A stretch of DNA of 64,000 nt, taken from Vulcanimicrobiota bacterium. Lineage in GTDB: Bacteria > Vulcanimicrobiota > Vulcanimicrobiia > Vulcanimicrobiales > Vulcanimicrobiaceae. The notes beneath the pieces were generated by a model. That model saw only the letters and a list, made by a program, of their open reading frames with translations, did no database searches and was not told where the DNA came from. How positions within the stretch are numbered: position 1 is the first letter of the stretch; the number at the start of each line of letters is the position of its first letter. A program made the translations under genes and the position numbers. Positions 51,751 through 61,602 of this stretch are shown here, piece after piece. The stretch spans positions 64,001-128,000 of the forward strand of contig CAWETW010000001.1 in assembly GCA_963812155.1 (NCBI GenBank). The letters run 5' to 3'.

Positions 51751-51856
51751 TCCTTCGACTGCGCTTCGCTTCGCTCAGGATGACACGAGGGAGCGCTTCG
51801 CTTCGCTCAGGATGACACGAGGGAGCGCTTCGCTTCGCTCAGGATGACACGAGGGG
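51751..51856. repeat. Three tandem 32-bp REP-like units between convergent genes
   Basis: GCGCTTCGCTTCGCTCAGGATGACACGAGGGA at 51761, 51793 and 51825 (last base of the third copy differs), preceded by TCCTTCGACT. Confidence 0.9.
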
Positions 51857-51857
51857 G

Positions 51858-52820
51858 CTAAGGCTTGCTGACGAGTGCGTCCCACGGCATGTTGAGGCCG
51901 GTCGTTATCGTATTGACCGCCGTTCCACCGTGCGGATACTTGAAGACCAGAACCTGGTTTGCGAACGCATCGGCGACGATGACGCGCTTGGCCGATGGAA
52001 CGGTAAAACCGTTCGACGACGAACCCGGCATGCTGACGTTCACGATGTGTGAAACCAAGTTCGGCGTCGCTGCCGGTATCTGATAGATGCTCGTTGCGAA
52101 GTCCCCGATATCGATGAAGTTGTTGAACGGGTCGTAGTACATCGGTCCTGCCGAGCCCGGCGTTCCGCCCTGCAGCGCGATCTGCTGGAACGTGCTCTCC
52201 GGGGCGTCGAGCTTGGCGTAGTAGAACGTATCGCTGGCGCTCGAGTACCCGTTGACGTAAAGATTGTTCAGCGAGTCGTACGCGACACCGCTAAGGAGCG
52301 AGGCATTGCGATCGTAATAGATGTGCGGCGTCCCCGTGGCGTGATGATACACGGCAACGTAGCCGATATGTTCGCTGGAATTTTCGATGTTGCCCACGAC
52401 GGCGAGATCCTTCGTTTGCTTGTCGTACGCGCATTGATACGGCAGCGTCAGGCCCGTGAGCGTGTAGTTTGGTGACGTCGCGGCGTGGTTGTAGTTTGCG
52501 ACCTGCCCCGTGGCGTAGTCGACGACGAAGACGCTGTTGTTCTTGCCGAGGCACATGAAGAGCGGCTCGGTGAAGCCAGTGATTTGACCGACGTAGGCGA
52601 GGGATGGGTAGAGGTACGTCTTGACGGTGCCGGATCCGGAATCCGTGACGTAGAGTAACGGCTGCGAAGCGACGTCCGGCTTCATACTCGCCGCGCTCTG
52701 TTGGAATTGGGGCGCGGCCGGCAGTGCAGCCTGCCCACCCGACGTATTCGAAATGCCGCTTCCGCAGCCGGAAAGGACGAACGCCGACAGAACCGCCGAC
52801 GCATAAAGGGCGTGACGCAT
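51858..52820 (-). CDS. Secreted beta-propeller lipoprotein
   Basis: LSGC lipobox; LLYVTD and NHL-like blades; RBS GAGGAG. Confidence 0.7.
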   Translation of the reverse strand: MRHALYASAVLSAFVLSGCGSGISNTSGGQAALPAAPQFQQSAASMKPDVASQPLLYVTDSGSGTVKTYLYPSLAYVGQITGFTEPLFMCLGKNNSVFVVDYATGQVANYNHAATSPNYTLTGLTLPYQCAYDKQTKDLAVVGNIENSSEHIGYVAVYHHATGTPHIYYDRNASLLSGVAYDSLNNLYVNGYSSASDTFYYAKLDAPESTFQQIALQGGTPGSAGPMYYDPFNNFIDIGDFATSIYQIPAATPNLVSHIVNVSMPGSSSNGFTVPSAKRVIVADAFANQVLVFKYPHGGTAVNTITTGLNMPWDALVSKP

Positions 52821-52917
52821 ACGAAGACTCCTCTAGAAAAGGCCAGCAAAGGGCCGCATCAAGCGGCCGCCGGCTAAGATACCTCGGGGACGGAGGGCCT
52901 CCCTCTCTGGGGGGCGG

Positions 52918-54081
52918 CTAAGCCGGCGCTTGGATCCAGGAGCGGAAGTACTGCGGGTCTTCGCACGTCAGCGCGGATTCCGCCAGCATCAACGGCCGGA
53001 ACGTGTCGACCATGATCGCAATTTCGTCCGTCGAGGTCTTCCCAAGGCTCGCCTCCACGGCGCCGGGTTGCGGGCCATGCGGCGCACCGGCCGCGTGCAG
53101 CGTGATCGATCCCTCCTCGACGCCGCGCCGGCTCATGAAGTTTCCGCTCACGTAGTACAGCACTTCGTCGCAGTCGACGCTGGAGTGATTGTACGGCACC
53201 GGAATTGCCAACGGATGATAGTCGAACATCCGCGGCACGAACGCGCAGAAGGCCGCACCCGGCGCTTCGAACGTCGCGTGGGCGGGCGGGGGCTGGTGCA
53301 GTTTTCCGGTGATCGGCGCGAACTCGTCGAGATTGAACGCGTATGGATAGCAGTAGCCGTCCCATCCCACGACGTCGCACGGATGGTTTTGCACGACGTA
53401 GATCGCGTTACGGTCGCCGTTGGTAACGCGCACTTCGTACTCGCCCTGTTCGCTCGCGGGCGCTTTCAAGACGGGCGCGCGAAAGTCTCGCTCGTAGTAG
53501 GGCGCCTGTTCCTCCAGCTGCCCGAAGTCGTTGCGGTACCGGCGCGGAATTTTTACGCTCCCGGCGCATTCGTGGACGAGCATCCGTGTGGGCGCCGACG
53601 GAATCACGCGATAGGTCGTGCCGGTTGGAACGATCACGTAGTCGTTTTCGCGATATGCCAGTTCGCCGAACTGCGTCTCGAGGACGCCGCTGCCGTGATG
53701 AATGAAGAGCAGCTCGTCGCCGCCGGTGTTCCGGTAAAAATACTCCATCGGGCGATCGGCTTGCGCGACGCTCACCGTGATGTCGCCGTTGCCGAGCAGC
53801 GGCCGGCGCGATTCGATCGCGTCGCCGCCGTTCCCGTCGAGCAACGCCGTTTTGAAATGGCGGTTGCGCAGCGGCTCGTTCGACGTCCACTGCGTCGCCG
53901 GACGATCCCACGCGCGAACGTCGAGCGTCGCGGTGGGTGGGCGCAGGTGATAGAGCAGCGAGTAGACGCTCTCGAAACCTTTGGTCGAGAGCAGTTCCTC
54001 GGCGTACAGGCCGCCGTCGGGACGCCGAAATTGAATGTGTCGCTTGTGCGGGATCGAGCCCTCGCGTACGTAGGACGGCAT
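52918..54081 (-). CDS. hmgA: Homogentisate 1,2-dioxygenase
   Basis: PHKRH, RNTGGDEL, DVVGWDG, HQPPP, PYNH, DEVLYY and LH..G.PHGP motifs. Confidence 0.93.
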   Translation of the reverse strand: MPSYVREGSIPHKRHIQFRRPDGGLYAEELLSTKGFESVYSLLYHLRPPTATLDVRAWDRPATQWTSNEPLRNRHFKTALLDGNGGDAIESRRPLLGNGDITVSVAQADRPMEYFYRNTGGDELLFIHHGSGVLETQFGELAYRENDYVIVPTGTTYRVIPSAPTRMLVHECAGSVKIPRRYRNDFGQLEEQAPYYERDFRAPVLKAPASEQGEYEVRVTNGDRNAIYVVQNHPCDVVGWDGYCYPYAFNLDEFAPITGKLHQPPPAHATFEAPGAAFCAFVPRMFDYHPLAIPVPYNHSSVDCDEVLYYVSGNFMSRRGVEEGSITLHAAGAPHGPQPGAVEASLGKTSTDEIAIMVDTFRPLMLAESALTCEDPQYFRSWIQAPA

Positions 54082-54305
54082 TACGAAACCTCGATCGGCG
54101 GGTCGGTCGCGCGAGCGGTTGCGCTGAAGCCGTTGGTCTTGTGCGATCCGTCGCAGAACGGTTTAGTCTCCGAGCCGCCGCAGCGGCACAGCGCGACGTT
54201 CTCGCCCTCGAGCGTATACTGATTACCGTCGGCGTCGGTGATCGTGACCGGGCCTCGAACTAAATACGGCCCGCTGTCGCGAACCTTGATCGTTACGTCG
54301 TCCAT
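54081..54305 (-). CDS. CDGSH iron-sulfur domain protein
   Basis: ALCRCGGSETKPFCDGSH; TAATG overlap with hmgA. Confidence 0.93.
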   Translation of the reverse strand: MDDVTIKVRDSGPYLVRGPVTITDADGNQYTLEGENVALCRCGGSETKPFCDGSHKTNGFSATARATDPPIEVS

Positions 54306-54349
54306 GGTTCTACAGGCATTCGACGCACCGGCGGCGCACTCCGGTCGTC

Positions 54350-55348
54350 ATGAAGTGGACGCTCGTGGCTTTAGGGATGCTCGCGGCCGTTGCTTTTCTG
54401 GCGCCCGCCGCGCACTGGGGTTCGTCGCCGGTTGCGGCAGCGACCGCGACGCCGGCGGCGCTGCAATACGACGAGATTTCGCGCCCGCTGGTGCCGCCGA
54501 ATACGCCGCCGCCGCCCGGGAATTTTGCCGCCGATTACCAGGCGGCCGCGACGGCCCAAACCCCGAAACCGCATGGATTCAATCCGTTCACCGCGATGCA
54601 CGACGCACAAGAGATGATGAAGGCGGTGAGTGCCGGCCGCGTGACGCGTTACGCATTCTACAACGGATGGATTCGGCGCGATGACGTGAACGCGCAGACC
54701 GCGACGATCGAGAAGTGCGATCGTCACCAGTACATTACGCTCGATCTCGCTAAGAGAACCTACAGCATCTCGACGCAGACCCCGCCTTGTCCGACGCCGG
54801 CGCAGTATCCCGGCGCACCGCCGACCCAAGGTGGAGGCGGAGCCGGCACGGTCGACATCACGATGAAGCTGACCACGAACAGCTTAGGGCCGATGACGAT
54901 CGAGGGCCTCGATACGACCGGCCTCGACCGTGCAATCGAACTGAAGATGTCGAACGCAACCGGATCGTGCCGCAGCGGCATGAACGGCATGGACGTCGTC
55001 ATGAACTCGCGCTCGTACGTTTCGCAGGTTGCGGTGCCGCGCAGATTCTGCCCGCTGCCGCAAAGCACGTCGCTGACCGATATGTTTACCCGCTACGGGA
55101 TGGGGAACGGGTGCAAACCAAGTTTCCATTCCGAACAAGGGGGCGACGCCGCTGCGCCTCTGATGGGATTGGATTCGGGCGGAAAGACGCTCGTTTTGTA
55201 CTCGAGTTCGACGCTCGGCGTGCCGAACGCGCCCAAACAGGCCGGCGGGTTTGGGATGCTGCTCGAACGCGGAAACGTCAAGTGGCTTACCGGCGCGCAG
55301 GCGCAGGCGCTGTTCGAAATACCGGCCGGATTTACGCAGGAGGGGTAA
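54350..55348 (+). CDS. Secreted hypothetical protein
   Basis: Signal peptide; C-terminal LFEIPAGF; several Cys. Confidence 0.65.
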   Translation: MKWTLVALGMLAAVAFLAPAAHWGSSPVAAATATPAALQYDEISRPLVPPNTPPPPGNFAADYQAAATAQTPKPHGFNPFTAMHDAQEMMKAVSAGRVTRYAFYNGWIRRDDVNAQTATIEKCDRHQYITLDLAKRTYSISTQTPPCPTPAQYPGAPPTQGGGGAGTVDITMKLTTNSLGPMTIEGLDTTGLDRAIELKMSNATGSCRSGMNGMDVVMNSRSYVSQVAVPRRFCPLPQSTSLTDMFTRYGMGNGCKPSFHSEQGGDAAAPLMGLDSGGKTLVLYSSSTLGVPNAPKQAGGFGMLLERGNVKWLTGAQAQALFEIPAGFTQEG

Positions 55349-55450
55349 TCGCTGAGTTGCCTCCGACTTTTCCCTGAGGTGGCCGCCTCCGAAGGGTGCG
55401 ACTTCCCGGGGCTGAGGGGCGGCCGCCCTGTGCTATCATGGCAGGGCCAT

Positions 55451-55558
55451 GATGGGGGTTGGGCTTCACGCGGCGTAACCTCGTGAACCCCGCCAGGTTC
55501 GGAAGAAAGCAACGGTAAGCGAGCCCTTACGGGTGCCGTGATCCACCTGACTCTCGTC
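55451..55558 (+). ncRNA. ffs: Signal recognition particle RNA (4.5S)
   Basis: Domain IV motif GCCAGGTTCGGAAGAAAGCAAC; ends pair (GATGGGGG...CTCTCGTC); extended -10 TGcTATCAT at 55431. Confidence 0.85.
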
Positions 55559-55585
55559 GTGGTATCTACTTTCCGAAAGCATTCG

Positions 55586-56083
55586 ATGTCGAATACTGCG
55601 ATTTATGCGTCTGCGGGTGCCCTTGCCGGTGCGCTCATTGCGTTGCTGCTGTACCACCTCGCCGTCGTGCGGCCGATGTTGTCGTCGCTCCATCGGCGGG
55701 TGGCCACTCACGACGAACTCATTGCCGGCGGCGACGGCAGCGCGGCCGACCGGCTGGGGGAACTCACCGCCGGACGGGCCGAGGACCGGGCGGCGATCGG
55801 ACGCTTGGGAAGCCGCTTGAGCGAGCTGGAAGCCTTGGCGACGGGGGACGTTTCGCAGATCGGTTTCGTTAGATACAACGCGCTGGACGACACCGGCTCA
55901 GACCTGTCGTACGCTCTCGCCCTGCTCAATCGACGCGGGGACGGGGTCGTGCTCTCCAGCATTTACTCGCGGACCGACACTCGCACGTACGGCAAGGCCG
56001 TCGCCGGGTACAGGCCCGCCGCCAACGCTTCCGAGGAAGAAATGCACGCCATCGAACGCGCCCGCGCGTCTACGGATTCATGA
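55586..56083 (+). CDS. DUF4446-family protein
   Basis: N-terminal TM; GFVRYNALDD.GSDLSYALALL...SIYSR..RTYGK. Confidence 0.8.
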   Translation: MSNTAIYASAGALAGALIALLLYHLAVVRPMLSSLHRRVATHDELIAGGDGSAADRLGELTAGRAEDRAAIGRLGSRLSELEALATGDVSQIGFVRYNALDDTGSDLSYALALLNRRGDGVVLSSIYSRTDTRTYGKAVAGYRPAANASEEEMHAIERARASTDS

Positions 56084-56991
56084 TTCGCGACCGCTACTAC
56101 GTCAAAATCGTTCCGCAGCAGGGCGATCGCATCCATCGCTTTCGCGTGCGCAAGCGCTATCTCGCCGCCGTCATAGGGACGGTCGCCGTGGCCGTGCTGG
56201 GATCGATGCTCTTTGCCGGCGCGCAGGTCGTGCACGCCCGCGCGCAGGTCAATGCCCTTCGCACGCAGGCCGCAAGCCAGCGCAACACGCTCGTCACGAT
56301 AGACGCAAAAACCGAAGCGCTCCGCCGCCAGTTACAGCGCGTACAGAAACAGAACCAAGAAATTCGACAGCTGATCGGCGCGCCCGCGCACCCGTTGGTG
56401 CAGAAGACGTCCTGGCGGCGCACCGGGCCGCCCCTGGCCGTCGTTCAGGAACACTTACGCGTGCTCAGTTCGGTGTCGTCGGCGACGCTGCGCGATGCCA
56501 ACGGCGTAAAAACGCTCGCGATGCGCGTGCTCAACATCCGGCACGTGCGCGACCTCGCGCGGGCTGCCGAAATTGCAGCGATTCCGTCGATCGATCCGGT
56601 CGACGGCGCGGCCGTCGTCGGCTGCTTCTGCTATCGCAGCGCGCCCGACGCTGAGTTTCACGAAGGCGTCGACCTCGGCGCCGATTACGGCGAAACGGTG
56701 CGGGCCGCCGCGGCGGGCACGGTCGTCGCGGACGGCTACGACGGCGGGTACGGCATCAAGGTCGACATCGACCATGGCAACGGTTACCACACGTGGTACG
56801 CGCACCTCTCGCGCGCTGCCGTCAGCGTCGGCGAGCACGTCTACAAAGGTCAGGTCATCGCGGCAGTCGGCGCCACTGGTTTTGCGACCGGACCGCACCT
56901 GCATTACCAAGTCATGTTTCAGGGCCGGGCGGTCGACCCGGCACCGTTTTTGCACGGCATACCGGCGAACGCCCTCGCCGCGCTTCCCTGA
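56080..56991 (+). CDS. M23 metallopeptidase
   Basis: TM plus coiled coil; HEGVD, YAHL and TGPHLHY motifs. Confidence 0.92.
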   Translation: MIRDRYYVKIVPQQGDRIHRFRVRKRYLAAVIGTVAVAVLGSMLFAGAQVVHARAQVNALRTQAASQRNTLVTIDAKTEALRRQLQRVQKQNQEIRQLIGAPAHPLVQKTSWRRTGPPLAVVQEHLRVLSSVSSATLRDANGVKTLAMRVLNIRHVRDLARAAEIAAIPSIDPVDGAAVVGCFCYRSAPDAEFHEGVDLGADYGETVRAAAAGTVVADGYDGGYGIKVDIDHGNGYHTWYAHLSRAAVSVGEHVYKGQVIAAVGATGFATGPHLHYQVMFQGRAVDPAPFLHGIPANALAALP

Positions 56992-57012
56992 CGCGTACGG
57001 GAACCACGCGCC

Positions 57013-57300
57013 ATGAACGGCATCCTCTGCAACCTCACGCAGCTGCTCAACGTTCTTTTGACCGTTTATACCCTCGTGCTGTTCGTGTATGCGATCGCGT
57101 CCTGGTTTCCGGGCGCACGCGGCCGATGGCTCGACTACCTCGCGGCGATCGTCGAACCGGTTCTGTGGCCCGTGCGGCGCGTGATTCCTCCGATCGGCGG
57201 CTTCGACATCGCCTTCCTCGTCGTGATTTTGGTCCTGCAGCTCGTCGTGCGGCCGTTCGTCCAAGGTGCGGTCGTCAATACGTGCTACCGCATCTTCTGA
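57013..57300 (+). CDS. yggT: YggT-family membrane protein
   Basis: [22 protein letters not shown]. Confidence 0.9.
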   Translation: MNGILCNLTQLLNVLLTVYTLVLFVYAIASWFPGARGRWLDYLAAIVEPVLWPVRRVIPPIGGFDIAFLVVILVLQLVVRPFVQGAVVNTCYRIF

Positions 57301-57319
57301 TGCGGGCCGGCGCGCTGCG

Positions 57320-59143
57320 ATGAAACTCGAGCATCCGCACCGGCTGGAGGTGGCCGAGAACGTCCGCAACTTCTGCATCATCGCGCATATCGACCACGGC
57401 AAGACGACGCTTTCGGATCGCCTTATCGAGAACACGCACACCATCGCGCAGCGAAACCTGAGCGAGCAACAGCTCGACGCGATGGACCTCGAACGGGAGC
57501 GCGGCATCACGATTCGCATGCACCCGGTGACGCTCAACTACACCGCGCGCAGCGGTAACGCATACCGGCTCAATCTCATCGACACCCCGGGACACGTCGA
57601 TTTCTCGTACGAAGTGTCGCGGTCGCTGGCGGCCTGCGAGGGCGCGCTGCTGATCATCGACGCGGCGCAGGGCATCGAGGCGCAGACGCTGGCAAACTAC
57701 CACCTTGCGCTGGAACATAATCTCACGATCGTTCCGGTCATCAACAAGATCGATCTTCCGGCAGCCGATCCGGAACGCGTGATGGGCGAGGTCGAGGAAC
57801 TGCTCGTCATGGAGCGCTCCGAGTGCATCCTGGCCAGCGCTAAAAACGGCATCGGCATCGACGAGATCCTCGAGGCTATCGTGTCGCGTATCCCGGCGCC
57901 GCGCGGACATCGCGATCACCTGCGCGCGCTGGTCTTCAACGCGCAGTTCGATCCGTATCGCGGCGTCGTCAGCTACGTGCGCGTCGCCGACGGCGAACTC
58001 AAGGCCGGCACGCGATTCATGTCGATGGCCCACCAGCGCGTCTTCGAATGCACCGAGGTCGGGATTTTCGCGCCCGAGATGCGGCCGGCCGACAAACTCG
58101 AAATCGGCGGGGTCGGCTACGTCATCGGCAACATCAAGTCGCTCGGCGAGATCGACGTCGGCGACACGATCACCGGACAGACCAATCCGGCACACGTCGC
58201 GCTCGTCGGCTATCGCAAGGCCGTCCCGATGGTCTATTGCGGGCTTTACCCGAACGAAGGGGCCGAGTATGACGAGCTTCGCGACGCGCTCGAGAAGCTC
58301 AAGCTCAACGACGCGGCGCTCGTGTACGAGCCCGAGAGTTCGGTCGCGCTCGGCTTCGGATTCCGGTGCGGCTTTCTCGGCCTGCTGCACATGGAGATCG
58401 TGCAAGAGCGCCTCGAACGCGACTACGGACTCGATCTCATCGCGACGTCGCCGTCGGTGGTGTTTCGCGTCGTCAAAACCGACGGGAAGGTGGAGACGAT
58501 CGACAATCCGTCGCGCCTGCCGGCGCCTTCGTACGTTCGGAGCATCGAAGAACCGTACGTCAAGGCGACGATCATCGCGCCGCCCGACTACGTCGGCGCG
58601 ATCATGGAGATCACGCAAAGCCGCCGCGGCACCCTGGCGAACATGGAGTACATGCACGACGGGCGCGTCATCATGACCTACGAGATGCCGCTCATCGAAA
58701 TCATCGTCGATTTCTTCGACATTCTGAAATCGCGCACGAAGGGATATGCGTCGCTCGACTACGACGTCATCGGTTACCGTGAAGGCGAACTCGTGAAGCT
58801 CGAGATTCTGCTCAACGGCGAACCGGTCGACGCGCTCTCGTTCATCGTGTCGCGCGATAAGGCGGCGCAGCGCGGACGAACGCTCACCGAGCGCCTGAAG
58901 GAGCTGATTCCGCGGCAGATGTTCGACGTGCCGATTCAAGCAGCGATCGGCGGAAAGATCGTCGCGCGCGAGACCGTGAGCGCGATTCGCAAGAACGTGC
59001 TCGCCAAGTGCTACGGCGGCGACATCACGCGCAAGCGCAAACTGCTGGAGAAGCAGAAGGTCGGAAAAGAGCGCATGAAGCGCGTCGGCAGGGTCGAGCT
59101 GCCGCAGGAAGCCTTCATGGCGGTGCTCCGGCTCCAAGAGTAG
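57320..59143 (+). CDS. lepA: Elongation factor 4
   Basis: [28 protein letters not shown] and [14 protein letters not shown] motifs. Confidence 0.97.
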   Translation: MKLEHPHRLEVAENVRNFCIIAHIDHGKTTLSDRLIENTHTIAQRNLSEQQLDAMDLERERGITIRMHPVTLNYTARSGNAYRLNLIDTPGHVDFSYEVSRSLAACEGALLIIDAAQGIEAQTLANYHLALEHNLTIVPVINKIDLPAADPERVMGEVEELLVMERSECILASAKNGIGIDEILEAIVSRIPAPRGHRDHLRALVFNAQFDPYRGVVSYVRVADGELKAGTRFMSMAHQRVFECTEVGIFAPEMRPADKLEIGGVGYVIGNIKSLGEIDVGDTITGQTNPAHVALVGYRKAVPMVYCGLYPNEGAEYDELRDALEKLKLNDAALVYEPESSVALGFGFRCGFLGLLHMEIVQERLERDYGLDLIATSPSVVFRVVKTDGKVETIDNPSRLPAPSYVRSIEEPYVKATIIAPPDYVGAIMEITQSRRGTLANMEYMHDGRVIMTYEMPLIEIIVDFFDILKSRTKGYASLDYDVIGYREGELVKLEILLNGEPVDALSFIVSRDKAAQRGRTLTERLKELIPRQMFDVPIQAAIGGKIVARETVSAIRKNVLAKCYGGDITRKRKLLEKQKVGKERMKRVGRVELPQEAFMAVLRLQE

Positions 59144-59155
59144 CCGGTCGGCGCC

Positions 59156-59755
59156 GTGAAGACCTACGTTGCAACGAAGAATGCCGGCAAACTCGCGGAG
59201 TTGCACGCGATCTTCGCCGGATCGCCGCTCGAGCTGCATACCTACGACGCGTACCCAGATGTCGCGGAGGCCGCGGATTCGTATGGGGGAAACGCGTTGC
59301 TGAAAGCGCGTGCGCTGGCGGCACAGTTACGCGACGCAGGCATTGCGGCGCCGGTGCTCGCCGACGACAGCGGTCTAGAGGTCGACGCGCTCGGCGGCCG
59401 CCCGGGCATCTACTCGGCTCGCTACGCCGGAGCCGATGCGTCGTGGAAGCAACGGCGCGCGCTGCTGCTCGAGGAACTGCACGGCGTGCCGCGCACCGAA
59501 CGTGGCGCGCGATTCGTCTGCACGATCGCATTCATCGACCGGAGCGGAAGTGAAACGGCCGCCGGCGGCACCGTAAACGGATGCATGACGGAAGAAGAGC
59601 GCGGAGGCGGCGGCTTCGGCTACGATCCGCTCTTTTACTATCCGCCGCTCGGGTGCACGTTTGCCGAACTCGATCCCGCCGTGAAGAATGGCGTGAGCCA
59701 CCGCGGCGCCGCTGCGCGGTCGCTGCTGAAGGCATTACAGTCCTTGCTATTCTAG
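59156..59755 (+). CDS. rdgB: Non-canonical purine NTP pyrophosphatase
   Basis: ATKNAGK, ADDSGL, GFGYDP and SHRG motifs. Confidence 0.95.
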   Translation: MKTYVATKNAGKLAELHAIFAGSPLELHTYDAYPDVAEAADSYGGNALLKARALAAQLRDAGIAAPVLADDSGLEVDALGGRPGIYSARYAGADASWKQRRALLLEELHGVPRTERGARFVCTIAFIDRSGSETAAGGTVNGCMTEEERGGGGFGYDPLFYYPPLGCTFAELDPAVKNGVSHRGAAARSLLKALQSLLF

Positions 59756-59768
59756 TATCGGCGAAGCA

Positions 59769-59846
59769 CGGGGCGTAGCTCAGTTTGGTAGAGCGCCCGC
59801 TTTGGGAGCGGGAGGTCCGCAGGTTCAAATCCTGTCGCCCCGACCA
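59769..59846 (+). tRNA. tRNA-Pro(TGG)
   Basis: Cloverleaf, anticodon loop TTTGGGA, encoded CCA. Confidence 0.93.
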
Positions 59847-59862
59847 TGTCCTCCGTCCGCGT

Positions 59863-59936
<74 letters not shown>

Positions 59937-59957
59937 TGGTACAATCCACCCCATTGT

Positions 59958-60035
59958 GGTGACTGTAGCTCAGTTGGTTAGAGCGTCGGTCTGTGGCACC
60001 GAAGGCCGCGGGTTCGAGCCCCGTCAGTCACCCCA
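59958..60035 (+). tRNA. tRNA-His(GTG)
   Basis: G-1, anticodon loop CTGTGGC, encoded CCA. Confidence 0.93.
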
Positions 60036-60092
60036 CGCAGCGCAGGACGTGGGTTCCGCGTGTGCGTATGCTGCAAAGCCGAAACGGCATAA

Positions 60093-60165
60093 GCGCCTTT
60101 AGCTCAGTCGGTAGAGCAGCGGCCTTTTAAGCCGTTGGTCCCGGGTTCGAGTCCCGGAGGGCGCA
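60093..60165 (+). tRNA. tRNA-Lys(TTT)
   Basis: Anticodon loop CTTTTAA, GGTTCGAGTCC. Confidence 0.93.
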
Positions 60166-60207
60166 GTTTTTTTGGTCCCCGAGCGATCGAAGATCGCTTG
60201 GGGCTAA

Positions 60208-60279
60208 GCACCGCTAGCTCAATGGTAGAGCAGGTGACTCTTAATCACTTGGTTGGGGGTTCAAGTCCCTCGCGGTGCA
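60208..60279 (+). tRNA. tRNA-Lys(CTT)
   Basis: Anticodon loop CTCTTAA, GGTTCAAGTCC. Confidence 0.93.
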
Positions 60280-60288
60280 AGTCTTAGA

Positions 60289-60330
60289 AAACCCTTGTAG
60301 AAGTTGCACTCTGCGAGGGTTTCTCTCATT
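60289..60330 (+). terminator. Hairpin after the tRNA cluster, probable terminator
   Basis: AAACCCTTGTAGA pairs with TCTGCGAGGGTTT; pyrimidine-rich tail. Confidence 0.55.
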
Positions 60331-60464
60331 TTCTTGCCTCTGGACTGTGCGCCGCCATGTGCCGCCGGTCCATCGCCTCGGCCGCGCCGGCCCACAGCCG
60401 CGGGACCCCGACTAGATGCCGGGGCCCCTGCAGACGTGCCGCTGATTAAGACGGCGTTCGACGC

Positions 60465-60926
60465 TTACGACGCCTCGGTTCCCTCGATCGCCGCTGCGAT
60501 CGCGCTTGCGGTTGCCTCCGGATGCTGGATCATGCTTGGATGCGATCCGTTTACATGCGTTATTTGCGCCCTCGCACGTTCAGCCATCATAAGCTGATCA
60601 GGCGGCGGAATCACGAGATCGCCATCACCGACGACGTCGATGTAAACGAGAGCCTTAACGTTAGTATTGCTTGGCGAAGCGACGCTGATAATCGCCCCTC
60701 CGTAAGAGTGCCCCACCAGGATAACCCGACCCGGGATTGACCTGAGAAACGCCGAGATCGTTGCGGCATCAGATGCTAGTCCAGGCAATGGATTCGACGG
60801 GGCATAAACCGTGTATTCGTCGGCTTGTAATTGCTTGATGACGCCATTCCAGCGAGACGCATCGGCCCACGCGCCATGCACCAAGACAATTGCCGGTTTC
60901 GCGCCATCGCGCGTTTGCTCGGACAT
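60465..60926 (-). pseudogene. Alpha/beta hydrolase with an internal in-frame deletion
   Basis: VLVHGAWAD, GHSYGG, DLVIPP and GSHPS are present, but the cap region is missing after ALVYID. Confidence 0.65.
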
Positions 60927-61106
60927 CGTTGCCTGCCCTCAAGGCATTGCGCTGAGCGTATTCTTAATTTGCGCGTCGCTTACCAAGCCCAGTAAGTTGA
61001 GACTCCGCACTTAAGTTGTGTCGGAACTCATTTCAGAGGACGCATAATGTTCTCTTGACCCGCATTCCCCGGATGGTGCTCGAAAATTAATGGCAGATCA
61101 ATCGCG

Positions 61107-61586
61107 TCACCCGTGTTTATCGGGCGCATGTTTTGGCTGCACTGACCAAGCCGCTGGCTCGTCGTCTTTGTCGGCTTCGGCCGCCGCCGCCGTCGCCTGC
61201 ACCTTGCCGGGCGTGTGGTGGGCGGGCGCGTAGATCGCATAGATCTGCATTGGCGTCGCCCCGATATTGGTGATGTTGTGCCAAGTCCCGGCCGGAACGA
61301 GGACGCACCAACCGTCTGAAACTTCCTTTTCAAAAGTCAGCTTGTCCTTCGCGGCTCCCATCTGCACTCGGCCGCTGCCAGCGTCGAGGCGCAGGAACTG
61401 ATCGGTCTCCGGATGCGCTTCAAGACCAATGTCGCAGCCGGCGGGGATCGACATCAGCGTCACTTGCAGATAGCGCCCGCTCCAGGCGACTGAACGGTAA
61501 TTTGTATTTTCCTTCGTCGCGCGTTCAATGTCGAACGATTGCGGCTGTGGCCCAATGTCTTTGATCCTGTCAGCAGCGCTGCCCAT
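61107..61586 (-). CDS. Cupin domain protein
   Basis: IGLEAHPETDQF, VPAGTWHN, IYAPAHH; RBS GAGGAG. Confidence 0.9.
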   Translation of the reverse strand: MGSAADRIKDIGPQPQSFDIERATKENTNYRSVAWSGRYLQVTLMSIPAGCDIGLEAHPETDQFLRLDAGSGRVQMGAAKDKLTFEKEVSDGWCVLVPAGTWHNITNIGATPMQIYAIYAPAHHTPGKVQATAAAAEADKDDEPAAWSVQPKHAPDKHG

Positions 61587-61602
61587 GACTGATCTCCTCT
61601 AA

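Noticed and set aside
51761..51856. Possible CRISPR array
   Set aside because: The units abut with no unique spacers, and there are no cas genes in the window
55538..55585. Upstream GTG start for the DUF4446 gene
   Set aside because: It overlaps the 3' stem of the SRP RNA; ATG 55586 is more plausible
57275..59239. Long antisense ORFs (also 24980..26962, 38866..40614, 52930..54222, 19988..21493)
   Set aside because: They shadow well-supported genes on the opposite strand, as expected from high-GC codon bias, and show no recognisable motifs
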